The notes under the pieces were generated by a model. That model was not told the DNA's origin and ran no database searches. It saw only the letters and a list, made by a program, of their open reading frames with translations. A stretch of 64,000 nucleotides of DNA, from assembly GCA_965223195.1 (NCBI GenBank), contig CBDCVX010000019.1:96258-160257 (forward strand), read 5' to 3'. Origin of the DNA: Longimicrobiales bacterium (lineage in GTDB: Bacteria; Gemmatimonadota; Gemmatimonadetes; Longimicrobiales; Gaopeijiaceae). Of this stretch, positions 37,135 through 47,093 are shown one piece after another (within the stretch, counting starts at the first letter, position 1; each line of letters starts with the position of its first letter). Made by a program: the position numbers and the translations under genes.

Positions 37135-38235
37135 CTAGAAGCCGGCGCCTACGCCGGCTTCCACGAACGATGTGCGGACTAGCGTGCGGACGAAGGTCTC
37201 GGCGGCGGCTTGGGCGCCGAGATCGGTGAAGTGGGTGAAATCGGCGAAGTACTGGGGGTCGGCGGGGACCTGTTCGGCGACGTCGGCCATGGGGAGTCCG
37301 CGCTCTCGGGCGACATCTCGGATCACGTCGTTGGTGGCCTCGGCCATGTCGACCAACACGGTTTCGGACGCTCGGGGGAGGAAGCGGCGCCAGCTCACGA
37401 GGTGGGCCATGTCGTCTTCATCCAGCGGACGCTCGAACCGGTTGGCGTTGGTTCCGAGCACGACCTCGGCTCCGGACCGTTCGACGGCTTGCACGAGCTC
37501 GATCAGGTCCGCCTGGAACAGGGCTACTCGGTCGCCGGGCACCTCGGTGAACACCCACGAGGGATCGTGGTCCGCCACGACGCGGTCGATGGACCACGCC
37601 TTCATCCAGCCCTGGAGGCGGGCGGGGAGGAACTGTTTGATCCGGTTCCTGGACTCCTCCACGATTCGGAGATCGTAGCGTTGTTCGATGACGGGATCCC
37701 GTGGGGCGGGGCGGGTTTCGGGCAGCCTCGGAGGACGATCATCGAGGTAGAACGCCGGCGCGGGGTAGATGACGACCACGTCGGGGCTGAATTTGCTGAC
37801 CCAGCGCTCGTAGTAGTCGCGCAGGTGGGGAGGGGAGGCACCGGGTATGGCCACGTTGACGACTTCGTAGCCACCGGGGTCCAGCTCGTCGAGCATGTCC
37901 TGCATCTGGGCAGGGAACTCCATGCCTGGGCTCTCGTAGAGCCCGAACGTCTCGGACGCGCCCAACACGGCCACACGGACGCGGTCGGGAGATCCGTTCA
38001 TCTCGATCTCGGGCCCTCGGAAGCCGAAGCGGTTGACCCGCCACTTCTCGAACGTGGTGCTGGGACGGTTGCGACGGCCGATGCTGTCGGTCGCCGAAAG
38101 CAGGCTGTGGGAGTAGGGACCCCAGAAGTCCGCGTTCCAGCGGATGCTGTCTTCGGCCCGGATGCACACCTCGACCACGGTCACGAAGACCAGGGCGGCC
38201 ACGAGCCAGCGCGTTGCGTTCTTCGCCAGGATCAT
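37135..38235 (-). CDS. SGNH/GDSL-type hydrolase (AlgX/AlgJ/DltD-like partner of MBOAT)
   Basis: N-terminal TM anchor; VLGASETFG block I (catalytic Ser); located 4 nt downstream of an MBOAT gene on the same strand. Confidence 0.75.
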   Translation of the reverse strand: MILAKNATRWLVAALVFVTVVEVCIRAEDSIRWNADFWGPYSHSLLSATDSIGRRNRPSTTFEKWRVNRFGFRGPEIEMNGSPDRVRVAVLGASETFGLYESPGMEFPAQMQDMLDELDPGGYEVVNVAIPGASPPHLRDYYERWVSKFSPDVVVIYPAPAFYLDDRPPRLPETRPAPRDPVIEQRYDLRIVEESRNRIKQFLPARLQGWMKAWSIDRVVADHDPSWVFTEVPGDRVALFQADLIELVQAVERSGAEVVLGTNANRFERPLDEDDMAHLVSWRRFLPRASETVLVDMAEATNDVIRDVARERGLPMADVAEQVPADPQYFADFTHFTDLGAQAAAETFVRTLVRTSFVEAGVGAGF

Positions 38236-38239
38236 CGCA

Positions 38240-39676
38240 TCAAAACTGGAAGTAGATGAAGCTCTGGGACACGGCGCCGTGGAAGACCAGCAGATAGCTG
38301 AGCACGGCGTACGCCGCGCTCTTCACGGGCAGCGGAATGCTGGGAATCCGGTAGAGATCGTCACGCTTCAGCGTGTACTGGACCATGTCCACCAACAGCA
38401 GCGGAGCGACGAATACGAGCAGCGGCGTCACAAGCGACCAATCCACCGGTCCCTCCAACGCAGCCACCGACGTAACCATCTCCCAGATCTGTGCGACCGA
38501 CTGACCCCGGAATATAAGCCATCCCAAGCACACGAACTGGAAGGTCACCACCACCTTGAGCAGCCAGGCCGGCCTCCAGGGGCGCTTGTCGGCCAGGAAC
38601 GGCACCTTCCTCAGCGTATCCTTGAGTAGGCGGTGCACGACGAGGAGCGCGCCCTGATATGCGCCCCAAAGCACGAACAGCCACGTGGCCCCGTGCCAGA
38701 GTCCGCCCAAGAGCATGGTCAGCGACAGGTTCCGGTAGGTCATGAACCCGCCGTTCCGGTTGCCGCCGAGCGGGATGTACAGGTAGTCCCTGAGCCAGGT
38801 GGACAGGCTGATGTGCCACTTCCGCCAGAACTCGGCCGGATTCAGGGAGGTGTAGGGGTACGCGAAGTTGAGCATGAGCTCCATGCCGAGCAGCTTGGCA
38901 CAGCCGCGCGCGATATCCGAGTATCCCGAAAAGTCGCAGTAGATCTGAAACGCGAACCCGTAGGCCGCCATCATGGTCTGCCAGCCGGTGGGATCGGGCA
39001 GGGCGAACAGCGAGTCGACGTACGGAGCGAGGTTGTCCGCAACGTAGACCTTCTTGAACAGCCCCCAGAACACCAGGTGCAGACCGTCGACCATCTGAGG
39101 GCGGCTGGCGCGCCGCGGGGCGAGGATCTGCGGGAGCAGCACCTTGGCCCGCTCGATGGGCCCGGCCACCAACTGCGGGAAGAAGGCGACGAACAGTGCG
39201 AATTCGGGAAAGCTGCGGGTCGCCGTCAGCTCTCCGCGATAGATATCTACGGTGTAGCTGATCGTCTGGAACGTGTAGAACGAAATCCCCACGGGCAGGA
39301 CGATGTTGACCAGCATGGGGTCCATGCCGATGCCCAATCCCTGGAACGCCGCCGTCAGCGAGCCGGTGAAAAAGTTGAAGTACTTGAAGAACCCCAGGAT
39401 GGTGAGGTTGGTGGCCACGCTGGCGGCGACCACCTGTTTGCGCTTCCGCTCGACGTTCTCGCCCCCGGCCTCGGTCAGCCGCTGAAGCCGCAGTCCCAGA
39501 TTGAAGTCCACCACGGTGGAGATCAGGATCAGCGACAGGAAACGCCAATCCCACCAGCCGTAGAAGAGATAGCTGGCCGCCAGCAGCATGCGGTTCTGCC
39601 AGCGATGGGGCAGCACCCAGTACAGCAGCAGCACCGTCGGGAAAAACAGTGCAAACGCGAACGAGTTGAAGAGCAT
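38240..39676 (-). CDS. MBOAT-family membrane O-acyltransferase (AlgI/DltB-like)
   Basis: MLFNSFAFALFFPTVLLLYW... N-terminus, ISFYTFQ..., conserved His region WRKWHISLSTWLRDYLYIPLGG. Confidence 0.9.
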   Translation of the reverse strand: MLFNSFAFALFFPTVLLLYWVLPHRWQNRMLLAASYLFYGWWDWRFLSLILISTVVDFNLGLRLQRLTEAGGENVERKRKQVVAASVATNLTILGFFKYFNFFTGSLTAAFQGLGIGMDPMLVNIVLPVGISFYTFQTISYTVDIYRGELTATRSFPEFALFVAFFPQLVAGPIERAKVLLPQILAPRRASRPQMVDGLHLVFWGLFKKVYVADNLAPYVDSLFALPDPTGWQTMMAAYGFAFQIYCDFSGYSDIARGCAKLLGMELMLNFAYPYTSLNPAEFWRKWHISLSTWLRDYLYIPLGGNRNGGFMTYRNLSLTMLLGGLWHGATWLFVLWGAYQGALLVVHRLLKDTLRKVPFLADKRPWRPAWLLKVVVTFQFVCLGWLIFRGQSVAQIWEMVTSVAALEGPVDWSLVTPLLVFVAPLLLVDMVQYTLKRDDLYRIPSIPLPVKSAAYAVLSYLLVFHGAVSQSFIYFQF

Positions 39677-39938
39677 TCCTGGCCGTTGCGGGAGTGGGTA
39701 GCGGCGTACCGGGGCTCGGGTGGAAGTCCTAGTTCCTCTTCCGCGCGAAAAGCAAGATCGGTGCCGACACGCGGGTCGTTAAAGCGGTCTGCGAAGGCGC
39801 GATACGGGGAACAAAATAGCAGGTTGCTCGGACGCGTCAGGCCCTCGGCGCCCCCGGCCGCAAGGGGCGGATTCGCCATTCCACCTGCCCGACGGGTAGG
39901 TTAGACCGCTCATGACCTGTCAAGGAGAGTTACCTGAG

Positions 39939-41576
39939 ATGAATATCCGTTTTGGGTGGGTGCGATCCTGGGCCGCGGCCGCGGCGCTCGTGGTGGGATT
40001 CGCGGGTGCGGCCTCGGCGCAGATCGAGCCCACCACACCGCGCGGTGCGGACGAAGGGGACGGCCCTCACCAGCGACTGATCATCCGCGGCGTCACGATG
40101 ATCGACGGCACTGGCGCACCGCCGCAGGGCCCGGTCGACATCGTGATCGAGGGGGACCGCATCGCCGAGATCCGCTCGGTCGGGTTCCCGGGTGTCGACA
40201 TCAACGAAGATCGGCGTCCCGGCGATCCGACGCGCGAGATCGACGCCTCCGGCATGTGGGTCATGCCCGGGTTCGTCGACATGCACGCGCACACGGGCGG
40301 CTCGGGGAAAGCGCCCCAGCCGGAGTACGTCTACAAGCTCTGGATGGGACATGGCGTAACCACGTCGCGGGGCGTCGGCCACGGCCCGATGATGTGGAGC
40401 CTGGAGCAGAAGGCGCTCGCCGCGCGCAACGAGATCGTCGCGCCGCGCATGTTCACCTACGCTCGGCCCGGCGAGGCCTGGGATCAGGGTTCCATCGATT
40501 CGGCTGAAAAGGCTCGGGAGTGGGTTCGCTGGGCCGCTGCCCAGGAGGTGGAGGGCCAAAGTATCGACGGGCTCAAGCTCGGGTCCTACGACCCCGACAT
40601 CATGGAGGCCCTGATCGACGAGGCCCACCAGCACGGGCTGGGAACGGTGGCTCACCTTGGCCAGATGGGTGTGGCCCGGATGACCGCGTTGGACGCGGCC
40701 GAGGTCGGGCTGGACATGATGACCCACTACTACGGCCTCTTCGAGTCGATGCTGACGGACTACTCCGTTCAGGCCTGGCCGTACGACTACAACTACAACA
40801 ACGAACAGCACCGCTTCGGCAACGTGGCCCACCTGTGGTATCAGTCGGCGGAGCCGGGCAGCGACGAGTGGAATGCCCTGATCGACAAGCTGCTGGAGCT
40901 GGACTTCGGCATCGACCCGACGATGACGATCTACGAGGCCAGCCGCGACGTGATGCGTGCCCGTAACGCGGACTGGCACGAGGACTACACCCTGCCCAGC
41001 CAGGAGGATTTCTACCAGCCGAGCCGCGAGGCGCACGGGTCGTATTGGTTCTACTGGACCACCGAGGACGAGTACCACTGGAAGCGGTTCTACCAGAAGT
41101 GGATGCAGTTCCTCAACGACTACAAGAATGCCGGTGGCATCGTCACCACCGGATCCGACTCCGGGTTCATCTACAAGCTCTACGGCTTCGACTACATCCG
41201 GGAGCTCGAGCTGCTGAGGGAAGCCGGCTTCCATCCGGTGGAGGTGCTGCGGGCCGCGACGTACCATGGCGCGACCCAGCTCTACAAGCCCAAGGGCCAG
41301 CCCATCGACTTCGGGATCCTGCGCCCGGGCCTCAAAGCCGACATGGTGTTGGTCGAAGAGAATCCGCTCGAGAACCTGAAGGTCCTGTATGGCACCGGCG
41401 CGGTCCGTCTCAACGACGACACGGGCGAGATCGAGCGCGTGGGCGGCGTCCGCTACACCATCAAGGACGGGATCGTGTACGACGCCCGTCAGTTGCTGGA
41501 GGACGTGAGGGAGATGGTGCAGCAGCAAAAGGCCGAACGGGCCGCCGTTTCCCAGGAGGAGGGTCCGGGCCGCTGA
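39939..41576 (+). CDS. Secreted metal-dependent amidohydrolase (amidohydrolase_1 superfamily)
   Basis: Signal peptide; RGVTMIDGTG...FVDMHAHTGG (HxH metal site), ...GSDSG; AAGGAGAG SD before ATG 39939. Confidence 0.8.
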   Translation: MNIRFGWVRSWAAAAALVVGFAGAASAQIEPTTPRGADEGDGPHQRLIIRGVTMIDGTGAPPQGPVDIVIEGDRIAEIRSVGFPGVDINEDRRPGDPTREIDASGMWVMPGFVDMHAHTGGSGKAPQPEYVYKLWMGHGVTTSRGVGHGPMMWSLEQKALAARNEIVAPRMFTYARPGEAWDQGSIDSAEKAREWVRWAAAQEVEGQSIDGLKLGSYDPDIMEALIDEAHQHGLGTVAHLGQMGVARMTALDAAEVGLDMMTHYYGLFESMLTDYSVQAWPYDYNYNNEQHRFGNVAHLWYQSAEPGSDEWNALIDKLLELDFGIDPTMTIYEASRDVMRARNADWHEDYTLPSQEDFYQPSREAHGSYWFYWTTEDEYHWKRFYQKWMQFLNDYKNAGGIVTTGSDSGFIYKLYGFDYIRELELLREAGFHPVEVLRAATYHGATQLYKPKGQPIDFGILRPGLKADMVLVEENPLENLKVLYGTGAVRLNDDTGEIERVGGVRYTIKDGIVYDARQLLEDVREMVQQQKAERAAVSQEEGPGR

Positions 41577-41583
41577 GCTCGCC

Positions 41584-42606
41584 TCATCCCTGAATCCCGC
41601 AGCCGCGGAGCGGCGACCGGGGGGACCCGGTTCCCTCGGTCGCCCACCGTGGCGCGTGATCCGCCCCGTTGAGGGGCGCGGGCTTCTCGATGACGCGTAG
41701 GTCCGCGCCCGCGTCGTCGAGCGTAAAGCGCGGAGGACGTCCCGACCTCAGGGATGCGAGCACATCGGCCCACATGGCCCGGAACCCCATCAGATCCCTG
41801 GCAGGACCGTATACCCGGGTGCGCCTCCCGCGCACGAAGGTCAGCGTCCCGTTCGACTCGAACGTCACCCCGCCGTGTGTGCCGTCCAGCCTCGATCGGC
41901 GGAGCGGCCCCAGGAGGCCGGGCACGTCCCAGGAGTGGTGGAGCGTGCCCACCCCGCCTCCAGCGTAGGTGACCGCGACCAGGGCGCTCCGCCCGTCGGG
42001 ACCGGCCGGATGGACCCGGGCCGTCTCCACCCGGGGGCCCAGCCGGGTCAGGAACGGGAGCCAGTGCACGCCGCCTTCCAGGAGCGGCCCTCGGCCCATG
42101 AGCTCCGACGAGGTGCGCCACCCCTGGGCCCTCTGCCGTTTGAGCGCGTCGATGCGGACGAACCGCAGATCGCCGATCCATCGTTCGGCGACGATACGCC
42201 GAAGTAGGGTGAGGACAGGCTTGTACGCGTAGTTCTCGAGCACGTACACCGGGACGCCGCACGACCGGGCGAGCTCGCTCATGTCCGCCGCCTCCGCGCT
42301 GGTCGGGAAGGCCGGCTTTTCCACCGCCACCGGGATGCCCTCCCTCACGGACTCGGCGACCCACCGGCCGTGTAGAGCCGGAGGCGTCGCGACCACGATC
42401 AGGTCGGCCGCGCAGTGCGCGATGGCCTCCGCGTAGGAGCCAAAGGCGCGCTCGCCCCGAAATCGGGTCCGAAAGCGTTCCGCCTTCTCCCTGTCGCGGC
42501 TCGCGAACGAGCAACGGGCCACGCCGGGCGACAGGAGTCGCGCATGTGTGGTGGTCGCCCTTCCGCAACCGATGAAGCATACGTGGGGTTGGGAGGTCCG
42601 GCTCAT
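41584..42606 (-). CDS. Gfo/Idh/MocA-family NAD(P)-dependent oxidoreductase
   Basis: VCFIGCGRATTTHARLL Rossmann motif, EKPAF motif; the ATG overlaps the stop of the upstream GMC oxidoreductase gene (ATGA). Confidence 0.7.
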   Translation of the reverse strand: MSRTSQPHVCFIGCGRATTTHARLLSPGVARCSFASRDREKAERFRTRFRGERAFGSYAEAIAHCAADLIVVATPPALHGRWVAESVREGIPVAVEKPAFPTSAEAADMSELARSCGVPVYVLENYAYKPVLTLLRRIVAERWIGDLRFVRIDALKRQRAQGWRTSSELMGRGPLLEGGVHWLPFLTRLGPRVETARVHPAGPDGRSALVAVTYAGGGVGTLHHSWDVPGLLGPLRRSRLDGTHGGVTFESNGTLTFVRGRRTRVYGPARDLMGFRAMWADVLASLRSGRPPRFTLDDAGADLRVIEKPAPLNGADHAPRWATEGTGSPRSPLRGCGIQG

Positions 42607-44210
42607 GATCGAATGCCCTCCAAGCGTGCCGAGCGAGCCGGCCTCGAGAGGATTTCTCCGCCCGCGCGAAGCGCGTGCGCTGCGATGGTCAGGCTGGGGT
42701 TCACCGCCGCGGACGTGGGCATGAAGCTCCCGTCGGTCACCCAGAGGTTTTCCACGCCTCGGAATCGACCCGTGGGATCCAACGGGGCCGTCCGCGGGTC
42801 GTCGCCGAAGCGGACCGTCCCCACCGCGTGGGAGAACGTGGCTACCCGGAAGCCGACCCTGATCCGGGCGCCGGCCGCTTCCAGGATTTGGCCGGCCACG
42901 CGCATGAGCGCCCGCCGGGCCAGACGGTCGCGCCGGCTGTAGCGGTGGACGATGCGGGCGACCGGCATTCCGAATCGGTTGCGGCGGCTCGTCAGGCGCA
43001 CCCGGTTCTCGTGCCGGGGCTGGTCCTCCGCCATCACCAGCAACCCGGTCGTGCGTTCCACCAATCCGGCCAGGACACGCTTCGCCGCTCGAGGCGCGCG
43101 GGACTGGAGCAGCGCAACCGGCGGAGCGTGTACCTGCTGGATCGATCCGAGCTTGCCGTGGGGCGCGTCGAAGGAAGGGTGGCCGAAGTAGAGGTCGTTG
43201 GTCCCGATCTGCTTGTGGAAACGGGCCGGACGGTGGTCCAGGTCCGGAAAAATCCCGAATACCATGCCGTTGACGTGCCGCATCAGGTAGCGGCCAACCA
43301 GGTCTCCGGCCGGATTGAGGTGCTCCAGCCCGGAGGCGAGCAGAATGTGGGGAGTGGCCAATGCGCCCGCGGCCAAGACCACGCCGCCGGCCCGAACGAT
43401 CGACCGCGCGCCTGTAGCCAGGTCCACGCACTCTACCCCCAAAGCCCGCCGCCCTCTTCGGATCACGCGCGTGACCACGGTCCCCGTACGCAGATCGAGC
43501 CCCTCGGCAATCAGTCGAGGAAGCACCACGGTCGACAGGTCGTTCTTGGCCTCGATGGCACAGGCGAATCCGTCGCAGGTGTTGCACTGCACGCAGGCGG
43601 TGCGCCCCGGCGCCGGCGTGTATTGAATGGCCAGGGGCAGCGCGAACGGCCGGAGTCCCAGCGAGGAAGTGGCCTCGGCGATCCTGGTGGAGATCGGCGA
43701 AAGCGGAGGTAGCGAGCCCGGCCACGGATCGGCGCGCGGCGGTTCGGTGGGATCGGACAGCCCCCGTCCGGAGCCCGGCGATGATGTGGCCGTCGGGCCG
43801 GCTACTCCAAGCAGTCGTTCGGCTTCGGCGTAGCTGGGCCTCAACGCCTCGTAGTCGATGGGCCAGTCCGCGTTCGAGCGTCCGTGCACCTCGGGGAAGT
43901 GCTCGAAATCGCGCTCGCGGAACCGAAGGGACACGCCGCCATAGAGCACCGACGGGCCTCCGACCAGGTGGAACGCTCCGGTCCTGCCCCGGCTGTCTCC
44001 TCGTACTTCGTACGGGGTCTCGGTGTGGTAGGCCGGGAGCAGCTCCCGCACCTGGTGCGCATCCCAGTTGTGGGCACCTCGTGCCAACCAGTCTCCCCGC
44101 TCCACCATGACCACGCGGCACCCGCCACGAAGCAGCGCATGGGCCGCCATGGCGCCTCCGAACCCGCTGCCCACGACCACGAAATCGGGGGTCGATCCCT
44201 CAAAAACCAA
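42603..44210 (-). CDS. GMC-family FAD-dependent oxidoreductase
   Basis: DFVVVGSGFGGAMAAHAL FAD-binding GxGxxG; C-terminal GMC_oxred_C region (GTVRFGDDP...NLWVTDGSFMPTSAAVNPSLTIAAHALR); TTG start with GGAGG SD at -5. Confidence 0.85.
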   Translation of the reverse strand: MVFEGSTPDFVVVGSGFGGAMAAHALLRGGCRVVMVERGDWLARGAHNWDAHQVRELLPAYHTETPYEVRGDSRGRTGAFHLVGGPSVLYGGVSLRFRERDFEHFPEVHGRSNADWPIDYEALRPSYAEAERLLGVAGPTATSSPGSGRGLSDPTEPPRADPWPGSLPPLSPISTRIAEATSSLGLRPFALPLAIQYTPAPGRTACVQCNTCDGFACAIEAKNDLSTVVLPRLIAEGLDLRTGTVVTRVIRRGRRALGVECVDLATGARSIVRAGGVVLAAGALATPHILLASGLEHLNPAGDLVGRYLMRHVNGMVFGIFPDLDHRPARFHKQIGTNDLYFGHPSFDAPHGKLGSIQQVHAPPVALLQSRAPRAAKRVLAGLVERTTGLLVMAEDQPRHENRVRLTSRRNRFGMPVARIVHRYSRRDRLARRALMRVAGQILEAAGARIRVGFRVATFSHAVGTVRFGDDPRTAPLDPTGRFRGVENLWVTDGSFMPTSAAVNPSLTIAAHALRAGGEILSRPARSARLEGIRS

Positions 44211-44347
44211 CGCAACCTCCGGGCTGGAGCTCCGTTGAGCCGGAGCACACCCGAAGGTTGCGTTGGTCGTCGGCGACGCAGGATCGGTCGGTCTACGTAG
44301 TCAGCCTACCGTCTCCTCGTAGTCGGGCCTCCCGCAGATGATGCCGA

Positions 44348-45430
44348 TCAGTGCTGGGGTTCTGCAGAGGAGGCGTCATCGTGGTCCTCCGCCGTCATGT
44401 GCTCCGTGCCCATGAGCGGGGCCAGCTCGCGGTCCAGATCCCAGACGTAGACCGGATGGCTCGTGTCGACGGCCGGCCAGGCGTCGTCGGAGTAGAACAC
44501 CCCGCCGATCGTGCCCATGGCTCCCTCGGGAACCACCTGGCCGCTGGGGTTGTCGTAGATGGCCGTGACCCGAAGCGGACGGCCCGCCTCGACCTCGATG
44601 CCGCCTTGCAGCACGAAGATATCCGACGGCACGCGGATTACGTTTCCGCTCTCGTCGCGCTCCGCCTGGACCTCCCACAGGGTGCGGCCGTCGGACGGGT
44701 CGGAAAGCCGGAGCGCATAGCCGTATTGGTGCAGGTGGCCGCCCAGGCCCAGGATTCGTCCGGACAGGGCCGGCGTGACGTCGAAGGAGCGTTCGGACCG
44801 GCCCGGCGGGATGTCATAGTACGTCTCTTCCTCGCCCGGCTCCGTCACGTGGGTGAAGAACGGATAGACTGAGAGCGGCTCCTTCCAGGGACCCTCGGGA
44901 GAGTAGGACAGCATCACGCGAATGGTCACGTCGGAGTAGTCCTCGCCGGTCGGATTGTGGGTCATCGCGGTCACCAGCAGGCTGTCACCCGCTTCGACGC
45001 GGTACCCGGCCTGCTTGGGCAGGACGACCGGCTCGGTCTCCGACCCCGCACCCACGATGCGCAGCATCAACGGGCTGAGCAGCTCGCGTGCATCGGGTGC
45101 CATGACCTTGACGTGGTGCAGGATCTCGTGCGGAAGCGAATTGCCGTTCCCGTCCAAGACCTCGTAGGAAAACCCGTGTACCCATCCGGAGAAGCCGGCG
45201 GTGGTCTGGAGCGGCATGGGCTGCGGCCCGCCATGGTGGGCGCTCCCGGCCGGCAGATCGGCTATCGGCTGCATCTCCAGCGTGTACGTTTCGATCATCT
45301 CTTCGTCCGGAACGCCCCGTGCGGCGAGGTCCCACACCGTGCATCCCGCGTTGGTCCATCCCAAAGCCACGGAGACCAGCCCCACGCCCATGGCCTTGCC
45401 CGGTCTCCAACCTGCTCCACACACCCTCAT
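44348..45430 (-). CDS. Hypothetical secreted protein with two related beta-sandwich-like halves
   Basis: Signal peptide (GGAGG SD before ATG 45430); internal similarity between HGFSYEVLDGNGNSLPHEILHHVKVMA and GGHLHQYGYALRLSDPSDGRTLWEVQAE regions; His-rich acidic C-terminus; no known family. Confidence 0.6.
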   Translation of the reverse strand: MRVCGAGWRPGKAMGVGLVSVALGWTNAGCTVWDLAARGVPDEEMIETYTLEMQPIADLPAGSAHHGGPQPMPLQTTAGFSGWVHGFSYEVLDGNGNSLPHEILHHVKVMAPDARELLSPLMLRIVGAGSETEPVVLPKQAGYRVEAGDSLLVTAMTHNPTGEDYSDVTIRVMLSYSPEGPWKEPLSVYPFFTHVTEPGEEETYYDIPPGRSERSFDVTPALSGRILGLGGHLHQYGYALRLSDPSDGRTLWEVQAERDESGNVIRVPSDIFVLQGGIEVEAGRPLRVTAIYDNPSGQVVPEGAMGTIGGVFYSDDAWPAVDTSHPVYVWDLDRELAPLMGTEHMTAEDHDDASSAEPQH

Positions 45431-45703
45431 TGCGCCTCCACTCGTTGGCTGTCGATTCGTTGACTATCGATCACACGTCTCCCGGACGCTGATAAGCTCG
45501 CCCGAACTGCTGATGGTGCCAAGGTATGCGGGCGGTCCGGTGCGCCGCCCTACGCCGGGTGACGTAGTCGTCGAAAACCGGGGTGTGGGCTCGGGGTAGG
45601 AAACCGCACCCCGAACCCGCGCGTAGTACGGGTTGTCGGGCCTGGCCCGGCAGGGGGATGAGGACGAAACTGCGGTGAACCTCTCGATGAGCGAGTTGAG
45701 CAA

Positions 45704-45985
45704 ATGTTGGAGTTGATTGGGATTGGCGTGGCCAGCGTGGCCGGCGTAGGCGGGCACTTCAAAGCACGCGACTTCGTCAAGCGGCGCTTACGGTTCACGC
45801 GTTGGGTAGAGCGGCCGGGAATGGGACTGGCGGCGGGTGCGCTGACCACGTTGGCCGCCGCACCGATCGTTGCCGTGCTTCCCCTGGTCGGGGTCGGCAC
45901 CGCGATCGCGGCCGGAGTGGGTGTGGGCACCGGGGTGGCGCTCGGCGCCAAGGACGCCCGCGACGGCTCGTTGGACTACGATTGA
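45704..45985 (+). CDS. Possible small Gly/Ala-rich membrane protein
   Basis: 93 aa, two hydrophobic segments, no SD; weak. Confidence 0.25.
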   Translation: MLELIGIGVASVAGVGGHFKARDFVKRRLRFTRWVERPGMGLAAGALTTLAAAPIVAVLPLVGVGTAIAAGVGVGTGVALGAKDARDGSLDYD

Positions 45986-46012
45986 CCTGACCCGGGATTC
46001 CCGCGTTTGCGG

Positions 46013-47065
46013 CTAGTCCGATCCCATGGAACGACAGGACCGCTCGATTCGGCGCTGCGAGCGGTCCTGATCATCGATGACCTCATAAAAGCTGTCCAGG
46101 TACTCCGAGATCTTCCTTCGGTTGTCGTCCGTCAGTCCCGGCACCTCACCGATCACGGACCGGAAGCGCTCCTGGCGTTCCCGGAAAAGGGCGTAGATGG
46201 CCTCGAAGTCCAGGCCCTCGCGGCAGAACCCCCGATAGGCCCTCTGGCGGACCGTGCGTAGGTTGAGCGTCGCATCGGGGCGGGCGTAGGGAGCCGAAAC
46301 CAGCCCGGACCAGTCGAAGTCGTAGGGAACCACCAGCGCCCGGCCGGTCCTCTGCTGAACCAACTTCATGTTGTGGAACTGCACCATGGACCAGTCCGTG
46401 TTGCCGACCATGTACTGAAAAAGCGCCATGCGCGGCGCTTCCGGACTGGCCAGCGCCCGAGGATGGGCTGCGGGCACGTCTACGATCCGCCCATCGAGGC
46501 GGCCCGCGACGTGGTCTTCGTCCTCGATCAAGAACCCGTACCGGGTGACCGGGTCGTGCTCGCCCGAGACGTCGATATAGGTCAGACGGGCCGGCCGCAC
46601 GCGGAACGAGGCTTCGGTGACCTCGTTGTACAGGCGATACACGGTGTATTCTTCGAGCACGTTCTGCTCGTAGTTGTCCCGATCCCGGCAATGGGTCACG
46701 AGCTTGAGCTTGTCCTGACCCTCGAACAGCGTTCCCTCCATCGCACGGGTCGGGAAGTTGAGCCGGATCGGCGGCATCGGGCAGTTCCGGCGCTGAAGGC
46801 GGAAGTTCCCACGGGTTCGCACCTTGAGCTGGGCGGTTCCTTCGGATCCGTCCTCGGCCACCCAACGCACCAGGGCCGGACGCTCCTCGTTCTCCTCACC
46901 CCGGTCGTCGCGGAGCTGGTCGAAATCCGCCTCGATCGTGAGTCCGAGGACGCTGTGGTCGGCGAACAGCGGAGGTGGGGCCTGGACGGACTGGGCCGAA
47001 AGTCGGCCGCACGCGAACAGGCAGAGGCACCACATCGCCCAACTTCTTCGTCCTGTGCCAGGCAT
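46013..47065 (-). CDS. Hypothetical secreted protein
   Basis: Signal peptide MWCLCLFACGRLSAQS; good coding periodicity; no family recognised; adjacent to a DUF4956 gene. Confidence 0.6.
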   Translation of the reverse strand: MPGTGRRSWAMWCLCLFACGRLSAQSVQAPPPLFADHSVLGLTIEADFDQLRDDRGEENEERPALVRWVAEDGSEGTAQLKVRTRGNFRLQRRNCPMPPIRLNFPTRAMEGTLFEGQDKLKLVTHCRDRDNYEQNVLEEYTVYRLYNEVTEASFRVRPARLTYIDVSGEHDPVTRYGFLIEDEDHVAGRLDGRIVDVPAAHPRALASPEAPRMALFQYMVGNTDWSMVQFHNMKLVQQRTGRALVVPYDFDWSGLVSAPYARPDATLNLRTVRQRAYRGFCREGLDFEAIYALFRERQERFRSVIGEVPGLTDDNRRKISEYLDSFYEVIDDQDRSQRRIERSCRSMGSD

Positions 47066-47093
47066 CGTTCCTCCCGGCGGCCCGACCGGACCG

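Noticed and set aside
38361-41528. Long antisense ORFs over the MBOAT and amidohydrolase genes (38361..39554 -, 38633..39904 +, 39930..41528 -)
   Set aside because: High-GC antisense artefacts; the sense-strand proteins have clear family signatures
41584-44121. 845-aa ORF spanning the GMC gene region
   Set aside because: Only the last 340 codons (Gfo/Idh/MocA) are real; upstream it is an out-of-frame overlap of the GMC oxidoreductase gene with Arg/Gly/Pro-rich junk translation
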